A stretch of DNA of 64,000 nt from Candidatus Omnitrophota bacterium (GCA_035292445.1 DATDQB010000023.1:153533-217532), one strand, 5' to 3'; positions 20,224-31,577 are shown, numbered from the stretch's first letter. The notes: generated by a model from the letters alone, not told the origin. Translations and numbers: made by a program.

Positions 20224-21144
20224 ATGGCACAAACCAAAACGATCAGTTTAAGTTCGGTCAAAGATAACCTCGAGAATTTCTCTTTTGTTATCCCTGCCGT
20301 ATTGATTTTTACCATCTTTTATATCATTCCTTTTATCGAAATTTTTAACCTATCCTTGAATGAATGGAACGGCATCAGCTTAAATCGTGAATTTGTCGGT
20401 TTACGCAATTTTGAAGAATTGATGCAAGATAAGATCTGGTGGAAGTCCATGTGGAATGCGTGCTATATCACGCTGATCGCCCTTACGTTTCAAAATGCGC
20501 TCGCCTTTGCCTTGGCCCTGGCGTGTGACCGGGAGATCCGCATGCGCCGGTTCTATCGGGTGGTTTTTTTTATCCCGCCTGTTCTTTCGGAAATTGTCGT
20601 CGGGCTTATCTGGAGGTGGATCTTAAACGCCGGCGTGCAAAACGGCGAATATTATGGGTTGCTGAATCATTTTTTGGTCCAAAGCGGCTTGCCGCATTTG
20701 GTCAATAACTGGCTTTCTAACCCTGATACGGCGCTTTCTTGTATCGCGGTTGTGCATAGCTGGAAGGGCTTCGGCTGGGGGTTTATCATGCTTTTAGCCG
20801 GGCTTCAAACCATTGACCGCCAATTGTACGAGGCGGCGAAAGTGGACGGGGCCAACGGTTGGCAGAAATTTTGGAGCGTGACCATTCCGATGATGGTGCC
20901 GGTGATCCTGGTCGTGGTTATCTTGACGATCTTGGGTTCGATGCAGGTGTTTGTGCTGATCCTTTCCATGGTCGGCCAAGGATTGGTTTATCACACGGAG
21001 GTGCCTGTCACGCGAATTCTAGCCGCCATGACCGGGACAAACCGTTTCGGCTACGCTTGTGCGATGGGGGTTGTGTTCGGGGCCATTTTGATCGCAGTTT
21101 CTTTTATCATGAAGCGGATTTCTGACAAAGCAAAACAGGCATAA
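20224..21144 (+). CDS. Carbohydrate ABC transporter permease (MalF-like)
   Basis: FVGLRNF; EAA loop 'LYEAAKVDGAN'. Confidence 0.93.
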   Translation: MAQTKTISLSSVKDNLENFSFVIPAVLIFTIFYIIPFIEIFNLSLNEWNGISLNREFVGLRNFEELMQDKIWWKSMWNACYITLIALTFQNALAFALALACDREIRMRRFYRVVFFIPPVLSEIVVGLIWRWILNAGVQNGEYYGLLNHFLVQSGLPHLVNNWLSNPDTALSCIAVVHSWKGFGWGFIMLLAGLQTIDRQLYEAAKVDGANGWQKFWSVTIPMMVPVILVVVILTILGSMQVFVLILSMVGQGLVYHTEVPVTRILAAMTGTNRFGYACAMGVVFGAILIAVSFIMKRISDKAKQA

Positions 21145-21145
21145 T

Positions 21146-22003
21146 ATGGAAGAAAGAATAAAAATAAACCGTTATCAGGTCCTCAATTTTTTTAAAGGTT
21201 TCTTTATTCACGTTTTTTTGTGCGTGGTGACGGTCACTTGTTTATTCCCGTTGTTTTGGATGGTCCGCTCCGCTTTGATGACCAACCAAACCATCTTCGT
21301 CGATAAATCGCTGATCCCTGCGGAAATCCATTGGGAAAATTTTGTGATCGCCTGGGTCGAAGGCAATTTCGGTGTTTATTTTCTGAACAGCGTGTTATAT
21401 ACCGTAAGCGTTGTGGCCGGCATCGTCATTATTTCGTCATTGGCCGCCTATGCGTTCTCCCGACTCCAGTTTCCCGGAAAAAATATTTTCTTTTACATGT
21501 TTGTGGCTGCGATGATGATTCCTTTGCCCGGCAGTTTCGTTCCTCTATATGTGCTTATGAATAAGCTCGGCCTTGTTAATACCCGTATAGGTTATATACT
21601 TTGTATGATCAATGTCGGGCTTTCCATGAGCATTCTTTTGTTAAAGACTTTTTTTGATAAGATGCCGCCGGATCTGGAGGACGCGGCCCGGATCGACGGT
21701 TGCGGTAAATTGGGGATATGGTGGCACGTGGCGCTTCCTTTGGCCCGCCCCGCCCTTGCGGTCATTGTGATCTTTAATTCCTTGAACGTTTGGAATGAGT
21801 ATATCTTGGCGACACTTCTTTTAAATGACAAACAGTTGATGCCTTTGCAGCGCGGGCTGATGGTTTTTCAGGGCTCGTACAGCGTCGATTATCCTTTGTT
21901 GATGGCGGGCTTGACGATTGCGGCGCTTCCTATCATCTTTATCTATTTAGCCATGCAGAAACATATCATCAAGGGCCTTTCATCGGGGGCGATAGTGGGA
22001 TGA
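21146..22003 (+). CDS. Carbohydrate ABC transporter permease (MalG-like)
   Basis: 'AAYAFSRLQFPG', 'LEDAARIDG', 'WNEY'. Confidence 0.93.
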   Translation: MEERIKINRYQVLNFFKGFFIHVFLCVVTVTCLFPLFWMVRSALMTNQTIFVDKSLIPAEIHWENFVIAWVEGNFGVYFLNSVLYTVSVVAGIVIISSLAAYAFSRLQFPGKNIFFYMFVAAMMIPLPGSFVPLYVLMNKLGLVNTRIGYILCMINVGLSMSILLLKTFFDKMPPDLEDAARIDGCGKLGIWWHVALPLARPALAVIVIFNSLNVWNEYILATLLLNDKQLMPLQRGLMVFQGSYSVDYPLLMAGLTIAALPIIFIYLAMQKHIIKGLSSGAIVG

Positions 22004-24309
22004 AGGAACAAAAAATATATCAATTTATTTTAACGCTTTTGTTCGTTTTTGTTATAGGAATACCATTTTCCCGGGCGCAGGAACAAAAGGAGATGGTCGA
22101 TTCCGCCGAATTGGTGCGTATGGCGTGGGAAGCGTCCGCCAAAGGGGATTTGCAGGGTGTTCATGCGCTGGCCCAACAAACCTTGGATCTTTACGGTGAT
22201 GAAGCGAAGCTTTTACAAAAAGCGTTGAGCGGATTTCCCGCCCGCGGTGATGAAGAGCTTTATAAGCCGCTTAATGACGTCGGGACGGTTCTTTTTATCG
22301 AGGCCGAGGCGCTCATGAATAACGGCCGCACGCAGGAAGCTCTTCAAAAATTTCAGCATATCATTGAAAATTATAGCTGGGCGCAGGCGTGGGATCCGCG
22401 CGGCTGGTATTGGTCGGTGGCCGAGAAAAGCCAGGCCAGCATCAATGTGATGACCGGGCAATATCAGGAGGAAGAGCATGTCCCCAAAGAATCCCTTCGC
22501 ACCAAGCCCGTCTTGGCCAAACCGGGCAGTGAAAAAATCGTTGACTACACCAAATATGGGGAGTTTACCAATGTGGGCACGGACAAATACCGCTATCAGA
22601 TCAAAGATGTCGACGGGCTTAAAACGGCGGTGGGAGAGGGGATTTATCCCAACATCAACGACACGTTGGATAATCCGCGCTATAAGATCGTTGAGGCCGA
22701 AGGCCGATTAAACGGTTCCCATTGGGATTTTGTCAATACGGATGATTTGGAGGCGGCGTATTTCAAATGGTTTACGGCGACGGAACCGTGGGGCGTGCGG
22801 CTTTTCTTCCTGGGGATAATTTTCGAAAAAGCCGGGATGTATCATGAAGCGCTTAAGTTTTACCATGCGCTAGTCGTTCATTTTCCAAAAACGTTGGCCT
22901 GGACGTACTGGCAGACGCCTTGGTATCCGGGGCAGGCGGCCATCGCGAAGATCCGTCACATTTTAAGGACCCATCCGGAAATAAATTTTACGGACAAATG
23001 GATGAAGATCGAAGTTCAAAACGGTTTCGATAATGACGTCAAAAATGATGTATTCATCACCTATCCGGGAAGGATTGTGCCTAAGGGTGTCGTGGAGCAG
23101 GTCAAGGAAAAGCTTCTCTGGAAGGAAAAAGTGGAGTTGAAAAAGATCGTTAAGCGCGTCGGCAAAGGCAAGGTGCGTTTGGTGCAGTATGATAACGGCC
23201 ATTGGCAGCTTTTGGTGGAGGGCAAGCCGTACGTTATCAAAGCCATCACTTATGCCCCGACTAAAGTCGGTCAAAGCCCTGATAAGGGCACGCTGGTCAA
23301 TTGGATGGAGGAAGATACCAACGGTAACGGCAAAGTTGACGGCCCTTACGACACTTGGGTGGATAAAAATAAAAATAACCAGCAGGATGCGGATGAGCCT
23401 ACCATCGGGGATTTTCAATTGATCAAGGAAATGGGGGCTAATACGCTTCGGATTTACCACCAGCCGCATAAGGTCAACAAAGCCCTTTTACGAGACTTGT
23501 ACAACACTTATGGCATCCGGGTCATCATGGGCGATTTTCTCGGCAAATACGCTATCGGTTCCGGCGCGTCCTGGAGCGAAGGCACGGACTACGAAAATAA
23601 GCAACATAAAAAGAACATGATGGACTCCGTCAAGAAGATGGTGATGGAGTATAAGGATGAGCCGTATATCTTGTTATGGCTGTTAGGAAATGAGAATAAC
23701 TATGGGGTCGCCTCCAACGCGGATAAAAAACCCGACGCCTTTTTCAAATTTGCCGATGAGGTGGCGAAATGGATCAAATCCGTCGACCCGAACCATCCGG
23801 TGGCTGTCAATAACGGCGATACGCTATATCTGGACATTTTTGCCAAACACGCGGCGCACATTGATATTTTCTCCGCCAATGTTTACCGCGGCGATTACGG
23901 TTTCGGCTCTTTCTGGGAGCAGGTTTTCGGCGCCAGCGGCAAACCCGCTTTTATCACGGAATACGGCGCGCCGGCATTTGCCCCGCATTTGACGCTGGAG
24001 GAGGCCGAGCAGGCCCAGGCTGACTATCATTACGGCAATTGGCTGGATATTGAGGAGAACCTGGCCGGTAACGGCCGCGGGGTGGGAAACGCGTTGGGTG
24101 GGGTGGCCTTCGAGTGGCTGGATGAATGGTGGAAAAATTACGAGCCGTATTTGCATGACCGCAAATCCGATGCGGTCGGCCCGTTTCCGGGCGGATATTA
24201 TTTTGAGGAATGGTTCGGGATCGTCGGCCAAGGCAACGGAAAACACTCGCCGTTTTTAAGGCAGCCGCGCAAAGCATACTATCTGTACAAGGAAATGTGG
24301 AGCCGCTAA
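22000..24309 (+). CDS. Secreted clan GH-A glycoside hydrolase (GH2-TIM/GH158-like) with N-terminal TPR-like WDPxGW module
   Basis: 'MGANTLRIY', acid/base 'LGNE', nucleophile 'ITEYG', 'FEWLDEWWK'; signal peptide. Confidence 0.75.
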   Translation: MKEQKIYQFILTLLFVFVIGIPFSRAQEQKEMVDSAELVRMAWEASAKGDLQGVHALAQQTLDLYGDEAKLLQKALSGFPARGDEELYKPLNDVGTVLFIEAEALMNNGRTQEALQKFQHIIENYSWAQAWDPRGWYWSVAEKSQASINVMTGQYQEEEHVPKESLRTKPVLAKPGSEKIVDYTKYGEFTNVGTDKYRYQIKDVDGLKTAVGEGIYPNINDTLDNPRYKIVEAEGRLNGSHWDFVNTDDLEAAYFKWFTATEPWGVRLFFLGIIFEKAGMYHEALKFYHALVVHFPKTLAWTYWQTPWYPGQAAIAKIRHILRTHPEINFTDKWMKIEVQNGFDNDVKNDVFITYPGRIVPKGVVEQVKEKLLWKEKVELKKIVKRVGKGKVRLVQYDNGHWQLLVEGKPYVIKAITYAPTKVGQSPDKGTLVNWMEEDTNGNGKVDGPYDTWVDKNKNNQQDADEPTIGDFQLIKEMGANTLRIYHQPHKVNKALLRDLYNTYGIRVIMGDFLGKYAIGSGASWSEGTDYENKQHKKNMMDSVKKMVMEYKDEPYILLWLLGNENNYGVASNADKKPDAFFKFADEVAKWIKSVDPNHPVAVNNGDTLYLDIFAKHAAHIDIFSANVYRGDYGFGSFWEQVFGASGKPAFITEYGAPAFAPHLTLEEAEQAQADYHYGNWLDIEENLAGNGRGVGNALGGVAFEWLDEWWKNYEPYLHDRKSDAVGPFPGGYYFEEWFGIVGQGNGKHSPFLRQPRKAYYLYKEMWSR

Positions 24310-24448
24310 AGGAGGTTTTTAGCCCTAATTGCTTATCGAAGAAAAATTTTGCGCTTATAAGAAAATATTGTATACTTATTAAGTTAGCCAGCCTTAGAAT
24401 CATTTAAAAAACAACAGTTAATTAAGTATGTTTAGGGAGGAAGAAGCA

Positions 24449-25306
24449 ATGAAAAAATTAATGATTATCTTGGGATTCATCCTTGCAACCGCGGCCGTCG
24501 CTCAGCCCCAGCCCGTAGCGGCATATAATTTCGGGGATTTCCGTTCCGAAACACTGGCCACCAAAGCGTGGGGGGCGCTGGCCGAAGAAGACATCGAAGC
24601 CGTTTTGGCGTACACCAATAAATGTATTGAGTTGTATGCCGAGCAAGCAGCTAAAATGCAGGCCAGTTTAAAAGGTTACGCTGAAGGGCCTGATCAGGAA
24701 ATTTTCTCTTATTGGGCGTTAAACGACGTGGCTACCAGTTTGTTCATTCAAGGCGAGGCTTACAGGAAAGTCGGTATGAAAGACGAAGCCTTGGTCGCCT
24801 ATCAAAAAATTATCGATAATTATTCATACGGCCAAACATGGGATCCCAAAGGATGGTTTTGGAAGCCCACGGAGGCTGCCAAAGAAAAGATCGCCATGAT
24901 CAAAAGCGGTTCCAATTTGGATTTCGGTGATTACACCTCGTCTTTTATGACGGTCCAGGCCTGGAAATCCCTCGATGTCAGCGATTATGAATCGGTGAAA
25001 GCTTATACGAATAAAGTCATCGAGATGTACGACGACCAAGCCAAAAAGATGCAGGCTTCCTTAACGGAATATGCTTGGGAAACGAAAGAAAAAATCTTTT
25101 CCTATTGGGCTTTAAATGACGTGGGCACATCCCTTTTTATTCAAGGGGAAGCGCTTAAACGCCAGGGCAAAAACGCGGAAGCCAAACAAATTTTTGAAAG
25201 ACTGGTTAACGATTATTATTATGCGCAGTGTTGGGACCCGAAGGGGTGGTTCTGGAAGCCCGCCGAAGGCGCCCAGCAAGCGTTGGATGAATTAAGCGAG
25301 AGTTAA
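24449..25306 (+). CDS. Secreted TPR-like protein made of two ~125-aa WDPKGWFW repeats
   Basis: Signal peptide; internal duplication 'YWALNDV.TSLFIQGEA...WDPKGWFWKP.E.A' x2; RBS GGAGG. Confidence 0.75.
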   Translation: MKKLMIILGFILATAAVAQPQPVAAYNFGDFRSETLATKAWGALAEEDIEAVLAYTNKCIELYAEQAAKMQASLKGYAEGPDQEIFSYWALNDVATSLFIQGEAYRKVGMKDEALVAYQKIIDNYSYGQTWDPKGWFWKPTEAAKEKIAMIKSGSNLDFGDYTSSFMTVQAWKSLDVSDYESVKAYTNKVIEMYDDQAKKMQASLTEYAWETKEKIFSYWALNDVGTSLFIQGEALKRQGKNAEAKQIFERLVNDYYYAQCWDPKGWFWKPAEGAQQALDELSES

Positions 25307-25369
25307 TAGCAATCCTCCTCGAGCCAATCTTTATCCATTAAACCTAAGTTGATAGAAAGGTTTGTTCTC

Positions 25370-26077
25370 ATGAAAATGCAAGCGTGGCTGTGTCTACTTT
25401 TTTTCGTTTTCTTAGTGGGCTGTGAAGCAAAACCACTCCAGCCACCGGTTGATTCGCAGGAAGCAACCCAACGATCTTCCCAAGACCTAGCGCGACAGCA
25501 AGGCTCCGAGACGCCCCCCGCATTAACTCAACCCAAGGAACAAGCGCAACAAGAAGCATTCAGTCCTTTCTATGTTTACAAGGACGTCGGTTCGCGCGAA
25601 AACCATTACATCCCTTCAGGTTTCATGCCTAATGGAGCGTGCATTAATTTCAACGACCGTTGGCAAGAAAGCTGCAATACCGGAAAAACCTGTATCCGTG
25701 TTGAATATGATTTGGAATGTTCCCGCGCCGGTCAGCGTTGGGCCGGGATTTATTGGCTGAATCCTCCCAATAATTGGGGCCAGCGAAAAGGCGGTTTTAA
25801 CCTTAAAGGGGCGACAAAGCTGACTTTCTGGGCCCGCGGGGAAGAAGGTGGGGAGCAGATAGAAGAATTTACCGTAGGCGGCATTACCGGCGATTACCCT
25901 GACACGGATAAGATCGTCTTAGGCCCGGTCATTCTTTCCAACCAATGGAAGAAATACACCGTTGACCTGCGCGGCAGGGATTTATCCTATATCAGCGGCG
26001 GTTTTGCCTGGTCCACCAATGAAGAGGTCAACGGAGAGACCTGTATCTTTTATCTGGATGATATCAGGTATGAGTAA
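25370..26077 (+). CDS. Lipoprotein with galactose-binding-like/CBM-like beta-sandwich
   Basis: Lipobox LVGC; low-complexity linker; 'WAGIYW', 'LTFWARG', 'WKKYTVDL', 'YLDDIRYE'. Confidence 0.65.
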   Translation: MKMQAWLCLLFFVFLVGCEAKPLQPPVDSQEATQRSSQDLARQQGSETPPALTQPKEQAQQEAFSPFYVYKDVGSRENHYIPSGFMPNGACINFNDRWQESCNTGKTCIRVEYDLECSRAGQRWAGIYWLNPPNNWGQRKGGFNLKGATKLTFWARGEEGGEQIEEFTVGGITGDYPDTDKIVLGPVILSNQWKKYTVDLRGRDLSYISGGFAWSTNEEVNGETCIFYLDDIRYE

Positions 26078-26102
26078 TTAGCGAAAAGAAGGTGTGTTTT
26101 TC

Positions 26103-26134
26103 AAGCCACATGTTGCCTGACATGTGGCTTTTTT
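26103..26134 (+). terminator. Intrinsic terminator ending the glucan ABC/GH operon
   Basis: AAGCCACATGT-loop-ACATGTGGCTT followed by TTTT. Confidence 0.8.
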
Positions 26135-26297
26135 GTTTGGCCATCCGATTGCCATAAACATAAGCCTTTTCAGGGAAGTTATTGAAAACTAATTACTTAT
26201 AAATATACTATATTTAATAAAAAATATAGATTACTGCTTGTATATATTTTAATAGTTTGTTATATTCATACTGATTCGTTATAACCTTTAACAGGAT

Positions 26298-27578
26298 ATG
26301 GCCATGTCGAAAGCAGCCAAGCTGAGTATCATTATACTCATTGCCCTTCTTGTCGTTAGCTTGGGGTATGCCGGATATGTCCTCACGCAGAAAAGTACGC
26401 TTGAGGAGGAAAAGGCAGCCCTTCAGGGGGACCTGGACCAGGCCGTTGACCGCGAGAAGAAAAACCTCATCAAAATGCGGGGCCTTGAGGATAGTGCTAA
26501 AACCCTGGATGAAGAGCTTCGTAAAGAAAAAGGCCTTTCTGAAACGTTGCGCAAACAAATCACGGAAGCCCAGGCTCAGGCCGATTCCATTAAAAAATCT
26601 CTTGATGAAAAGATCAGCCGTTTGTCTTCCGAAAGCGAAAGCTGGAAAAACCGCATCGATCGCATCACTAAAGAGCGTGATGAGTTATTGGTGAAACTGC
26701 AGAATATCCCGCCGCCGCAGCCCGTTGTCAAAGAAGAGCCGAAACCCGAGCCCAGATCGACTGTGACCGCTCCGTTGGATGCAGATGAAGAATATTGGGC
26801 GCAGCTGTTGAAGGAAAAAGCGGCGCTTGAGATCGAAGTGGAGAAGTTGAACGAAAAAATAAGCCAGGATTCCCTGAAGACGGTCGAGTTAAAGCAGAGG
26901 AACCAGGAATTGGAGATGAAAATCAGCGCGCTGGAAAGCGAGCAGGGCATCATTGAAGAGGATATCCGCGGCAAGGAAGAAATGGTCGATAGGCTTTCCA
27001 TAGAGCTCGCCCGTACCAAGAACGACAAGAAATATGAAACCACTCAAACGGCGAAGTTAAAGGAAGAGAATACCGATTTGCGTCGGCAGTTAAGAGACGC
27101 GGTTTCCGCCAAGAACGCCTTGGAGAAATCGATCATCCGCCTGACTCAGGATAAAGTGACGATGGAAAAGAAAGTCAATCAAACGGAAACTCTTATTCAA
27201 AGCAAGATCGATGAAATTTGGGAAATCAAAGACAGCCTCGATGAAAGCATTCAGCAGAGTAAAGTGGAGCCTCAAACCGGCAATGAGGTGGAGCTGCCCC
27301 CGATTGTCGTCAAAACAAAGGGGCAGGCCGTCAATTATACCCCGGGTGCAACGCACGCCGGCTTTAACGGCACGGTGGTCAGCATCAACGATGAGAATAA
27401 TTTTGTCATTGTCGATATCGGTGAGGTCCAAGGGCTTCGTTTGGGGGACGCCTTAAGCGTCTACCGTGATTCCAAATACATTGCCCGTCTGGAAGTCATT
27501 CAAGTCCGCAAAGATATCGCGGCTGCAGATATTAAAGATCAATGGTCTAAGGTACGAGTCGGCGATGTCATCCGCTAA
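26298..27578 (+). CDS. Membrane-anchored long coiled-coil protein with C-terminal beta-barrel
   Basis: N-terminal TM, heptad-rich helices, Pro linker, 'FVIVDIGEVQGLRLGD...VRVGDVIR'. Confidence 0.7.
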   Translation: MAMSKAAKLSIIILIALLVVSLGYAGYVLTQKSTLEEEKAALQGDLDQAVDREKKNLIKMRGLEDSAKTLDEELRKEKGLSETLRKQITEAQAQADSIKKSLDEKISRLSSESESWKNRIDRITKERDELLVKLQNIPPPQPVVKEEPKPEPRSTVTAPLDADEEYWAQLLKEKAALEIEVEKLNEKISQDSLKTVELKQRNQELEMKISALESEQGIIEEDIRGKEEMVDRLSIELARTKNDKKYETTQTAKLKEENTDLRRQLRDAVSAKNALEKSIIRLTQDKVTMEKKVNQTETLIQSKIDEIWEIKDSLDESIQQSKVEPQTGNEVELPPIVVKTKGQAVNYTPGATHAGFNGTVVSINDENNFVIVDIGEVQGLRLGDALSVYRDSKYIARLEVIQVRKDIAAADIKDQWSKVRVGDVIR

Positions 27579-27586
27579 GAAAACCC

Positions 27587-28612
27587 ATGGTTCGAAGCAG
27601 GAAAAAAGAATCCGAACGTAAAATCAGCATTGAAGATGTCGCTAAACGGGCCAACGTTTCCATCACGACCGTTTCGCGGGTCATTAATAATATTTCAACC
27701 GTCTCCAAGAAGAACCGTACCAAGGTCGAAGAGGCGGTTGTTTTTTTAAAATACAAACCCAACGTGAGCGCGCAGCGCCTCGCCCGCGGCACCAATAACG
27801 CGGTCGGGCTGGTCATCCCCGGTTATCCGGGCATTTTCCATTCTTTTTACGCCGTTGAGCTTATCCGCGGGGTGGGGCATGCCTGTGAAACGACCCAGAT
27901 GGATCTGGTGTTTCATATCAGTAACGGCATCAGGCCATTAAACACCAATAATGTCGACGGGCTTGTGTTTGCCGATATCATTGAAAACCGCAAACAGGTG
28001 GAGCAGGCGGTGGCACTCGGTGTTCCCTGCGTCATTATTAATAATGAAGCGAAAGATTTGGAGGTCAATTATATCGCCGTCGATAATCAAAAAGGAGGGG
28101 AGATCGCCGCCGATTATCTGACCAGCTTCGGTCATAAAAGGATCGCCACGATCACTGGAAACCTGGCCACTCAGGCCGGCTCCCATCGCTATGAAGGTTT
28201 TAAAAATTATCTGGATAAGAAGAAAATCTCTCTCCCCAAAGAATATGTGTATCAGGGGGACTATTCCCGCCGTTCAGCCCGCTTTGCCGCCGAACAATTT
28301 TTGGAATTGAAAGAGCCGCCGACAGCGATCTTTGCCGCCAGCGATGACATGGCATTGGAAGCGATTGCCGTTATCCTGGAGCGCGGGCTTAAGGTCCCCG
28401 GCGATATCTCGGTTATTGGTTTTGACGACAATCCTTCCTGCCTGTACGGGCCCGTTGCCCTCACCACCATTAAACAACCTCTTTTTCAAATGGCTTCCGA
28501 TGCGGTCAAGGTCCTTCATGAGATCATTTCAGGCAAACATAAGAGAATGACTAGGAACGTATTGACGCCGGAGTTAATCGTCCGGGAATCCTGTGCGGCT
28601 CCGAAGAACTAG
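27587..28612 (+). CDS. LacI family transcriptional regulator
   Basis: '[20 protein letters not shown]', 'YKPN', '[12 protein letters not shown]'. Confidence 0.96.
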   Translation: MVRSRKKESERKISIEDVAKRANVSITTVSRVINNISTVSKKNRTKVEEAVVFLKYKPNVSAQRLARGTNNAVGLVIPGYPGIFHSFYAVELIRGVGHACETTQMDLVFHISNGIRPLNTNNVDGLVFADIIENRKQVEQAVALGVPCVIINNEAKDLEVNYIAVDNQKGGEIAADYLTSFGHKRIATITGNLATQAGSHRYEGFKNYLDKKKISLPKEYVYQGDYSRRSARFAAEQFLELKEPPTAIFAASDDMALEAIAVILERGLKVPGDISVIGFDDNPSCLYGPVALTTIKQPLFQMASDAVKVLHEIISGKHKRMTRNVLTPELIVRESCAAPKN

Positions 28613-28652
28613 AGATTGACAGGGCCGCATTTTCACGCTATCTTACTTCACT

Positions 28653-30539
28653 ATGAAAAATGGTTATCAAGTCGTTGTTATTGGAGCGGGCCATGCTGGT
28701 GTCGAGGCCTCTTTGGCCAGCGCGCGCATGGGCAACCGCACGCTCATAGCGACACTTTTTTTCGACACCATCGGCCAGATGAGCTGTAACCCGGCCATCG
28801 GCGGCGTGGGCAAGGGGCAGCTCGTTAAGGAAATCGATGCCTTGGGCGGTGAGATGGGTTTGGCCGCGGATCGTACCGGCATCCAATTTCGCCAACTGAA
28901 TTCTTCCAAAGGCCAGGCCGTGCGTTCTTCCCGATGCCAGTCGGACCGCAAGCGATATAAGCTCTATATGCAGCACGTGGTGCGTCATCAAAAGAATTTG
29001 GATGTCCTTGAAGATAAAGTCGCCGAGATCCTTGTTCAAAACGGGAAAGTCATAGGTATTTTGACCGAAAGCAATCAGCGGATTTCCTGCCAGACGGTTG
29101 TGATCACGACCGGGACGTTTCTCAACGGGCGTATCCACGTCGGGCGCCAAATTACACCAGGCGGGCGCGTCGGTGAACCGAACTCAACGAGATTGGCCGA
29201 TAATATCAAGGATCTGGGGTTTGAAGTGATGATGTTCAAGACCGGAACCCCACCCCGCTTGGACGGAAAGACAATAGATTTCTCTGAATTGGAACCGCAA
29301 GGCTCCGATAATCCGCCGGTTCCGTTCTCGTTTCGCACGCCCGAGATCCCTAAAATACAAAAATTATTGCCATGCCATATCACGCGCACCAACGAACGTA
29401 CCCATGAGATTATCCGTAACAACTTCCATTTATCGCCGATGTATTCGGGGCAAATTCAGGCGACGGGAGTGCGGTATTGCCCATCGATTGAGGATAAATT
29501 AAAAAAATTTAGCGACCGTGACAGCCATCAGATATTTTTAGAGCCGGAAGGCTTGGACACGAACGAGTATTATCCCAACGGGATATCGACCGGCTTACCA
29601 ACGGAAGTTCAATTTGAATTCGTGCGCACCATCAAGGGATTAGAGAATGTCAAAATGAACCGTCCCGGATATTCGATCGAGCACGGCGTTATCCCGGCAA
29701 CAGAACTTAAACCGACGCTTGAGACGAAAAAGATCAGAGGTCTTTATATGGCCGGGCAGATCAACGGTACGACCGGTTATGAAGAAGCAGGTGCCCAAGG
29801 GATTATCGCCGGCATCAACGCTGGGCTTTATGTCCAAAACAAAGAGCCCTTTATCTTGGGCCGTCATGAAGCGTATATCGGTGTATTGATCGATGATCTG
29901 ATCACCAAGGGAACCGATGAGCCATATCGGATGTTCACCTCCCGTGTTGAATACCGTTTGATCGTGCGTGAGGATAACGCGGATAAAAGATTGGCGCGTT
30001 ATGGGCATGCCCTTGGTCTTTTAAATGATGAAGATTATCAAAAGGTTGAAGAGAAGTATAAAAGAATCGATGAAGAGATCAGGCATTTGCGCAAAACCGT
30101 TATTCATCCCGGAAGCGCCTTAGATGAACAATTAAGGAAGATGAATTTACCACCAGTGCGCAAATCAACGACATTGAGCACTGTTTTGAAGCGCCCGGAG
30201 ATTTCTTATCATCATATCGCGGCATTTGACGGGGCTCTGAAAGATTTCCCACAAAATATTATCGACCAGGTCGAGTATGAGATCAAATATGAGGGTTTCA
30301 TCAGCCGCCAGATGAAGGACATCGAAAAATTCCGCCACATCGAGAACATTAAGATCCCGGAAGATATCGATTACGAAAAGGTCCCGAGCCTTTCTATCGA
30401 AATCCGACAGAAGCTCAAGCGTCATGGGCCGACCACCTTAGGCCAAGTGAACCGCATCAGCGGGGTGACTCCGGCGGCCATCTCCATTTTGATGATCTAT
30501 TTAAAGAAAAAAAGCGAAGAAAGAGCACAGTTGCAATAA
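28653..30539 (+). CDS. mnmG: tRNA uridine 5-carboxymethylaminomethyl modification enzyme
   Basis: GAGHAG, MSCNPAIGG, KTGTPPR, RYCPSIEDK, GQINGTTGYEEA. Confidence 0.98.
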   Translation: MKNGYQVVVIGAGHAGVEASLASARMGNRTLIATLFFDTIGQMSCNPAIGGVGKGQLVKEIDALGGEMGLAADRTGIQFRQLNSSKGQAVRSSRCQSDRKRYKLYMQHVVRHQKNLDVLEDKVAEILVQNGKVIGILTESNQRISCQTVVITTGTFLNGRIHVGRQITPGGRVGEPNSTRLADNIKDLGFEVMMFKTGTPPRLDGKTIDFSELEPQGSDNPPVPFSFRTPEIPKIQKLLPCHITRTNERTHEIIRNNFHLSPMYSGQIQATGVRYCPSIEDKLKKFSDRDSHQIFLEPEGLDTNEYYPNGISTGLPTEVQFEFVRTIKGLENVKMNRPGYSIEHGVIPATELKPTLETKKIRGLYMAGQINGTTGYEEAGAQGIIAGINAGLYVQNKEPFILGRHEAYIGVLIDDLITKGTDEPYRMFTSRVEYRLIVREDNADKRLARYGHALGLLNDEDYQKVEEKYKRIDEEIRHLRKTVIHPGSALDEQLRKMNLPPVRKSTTLSTVLKRPEISYHHIAAFDGALKDFPQNIIDQVEYEIKYEGFISRQMKDIEKFRHIENIKIPEDIDYEKVPSLSIEIRQKLKRHGPTTLGQVNRISGVTPAAISILMIYLKKKSEERAQLQ

Positions 30540-30599
30540 TCCGACGCTGGTGATATAATCCTGCCACTTATATTTCAATCGGTTTGATTCACCCAATCA

Positions 30600-31576
<977 letters not shown>

Positions 31577-31577
<1 letters not shown>

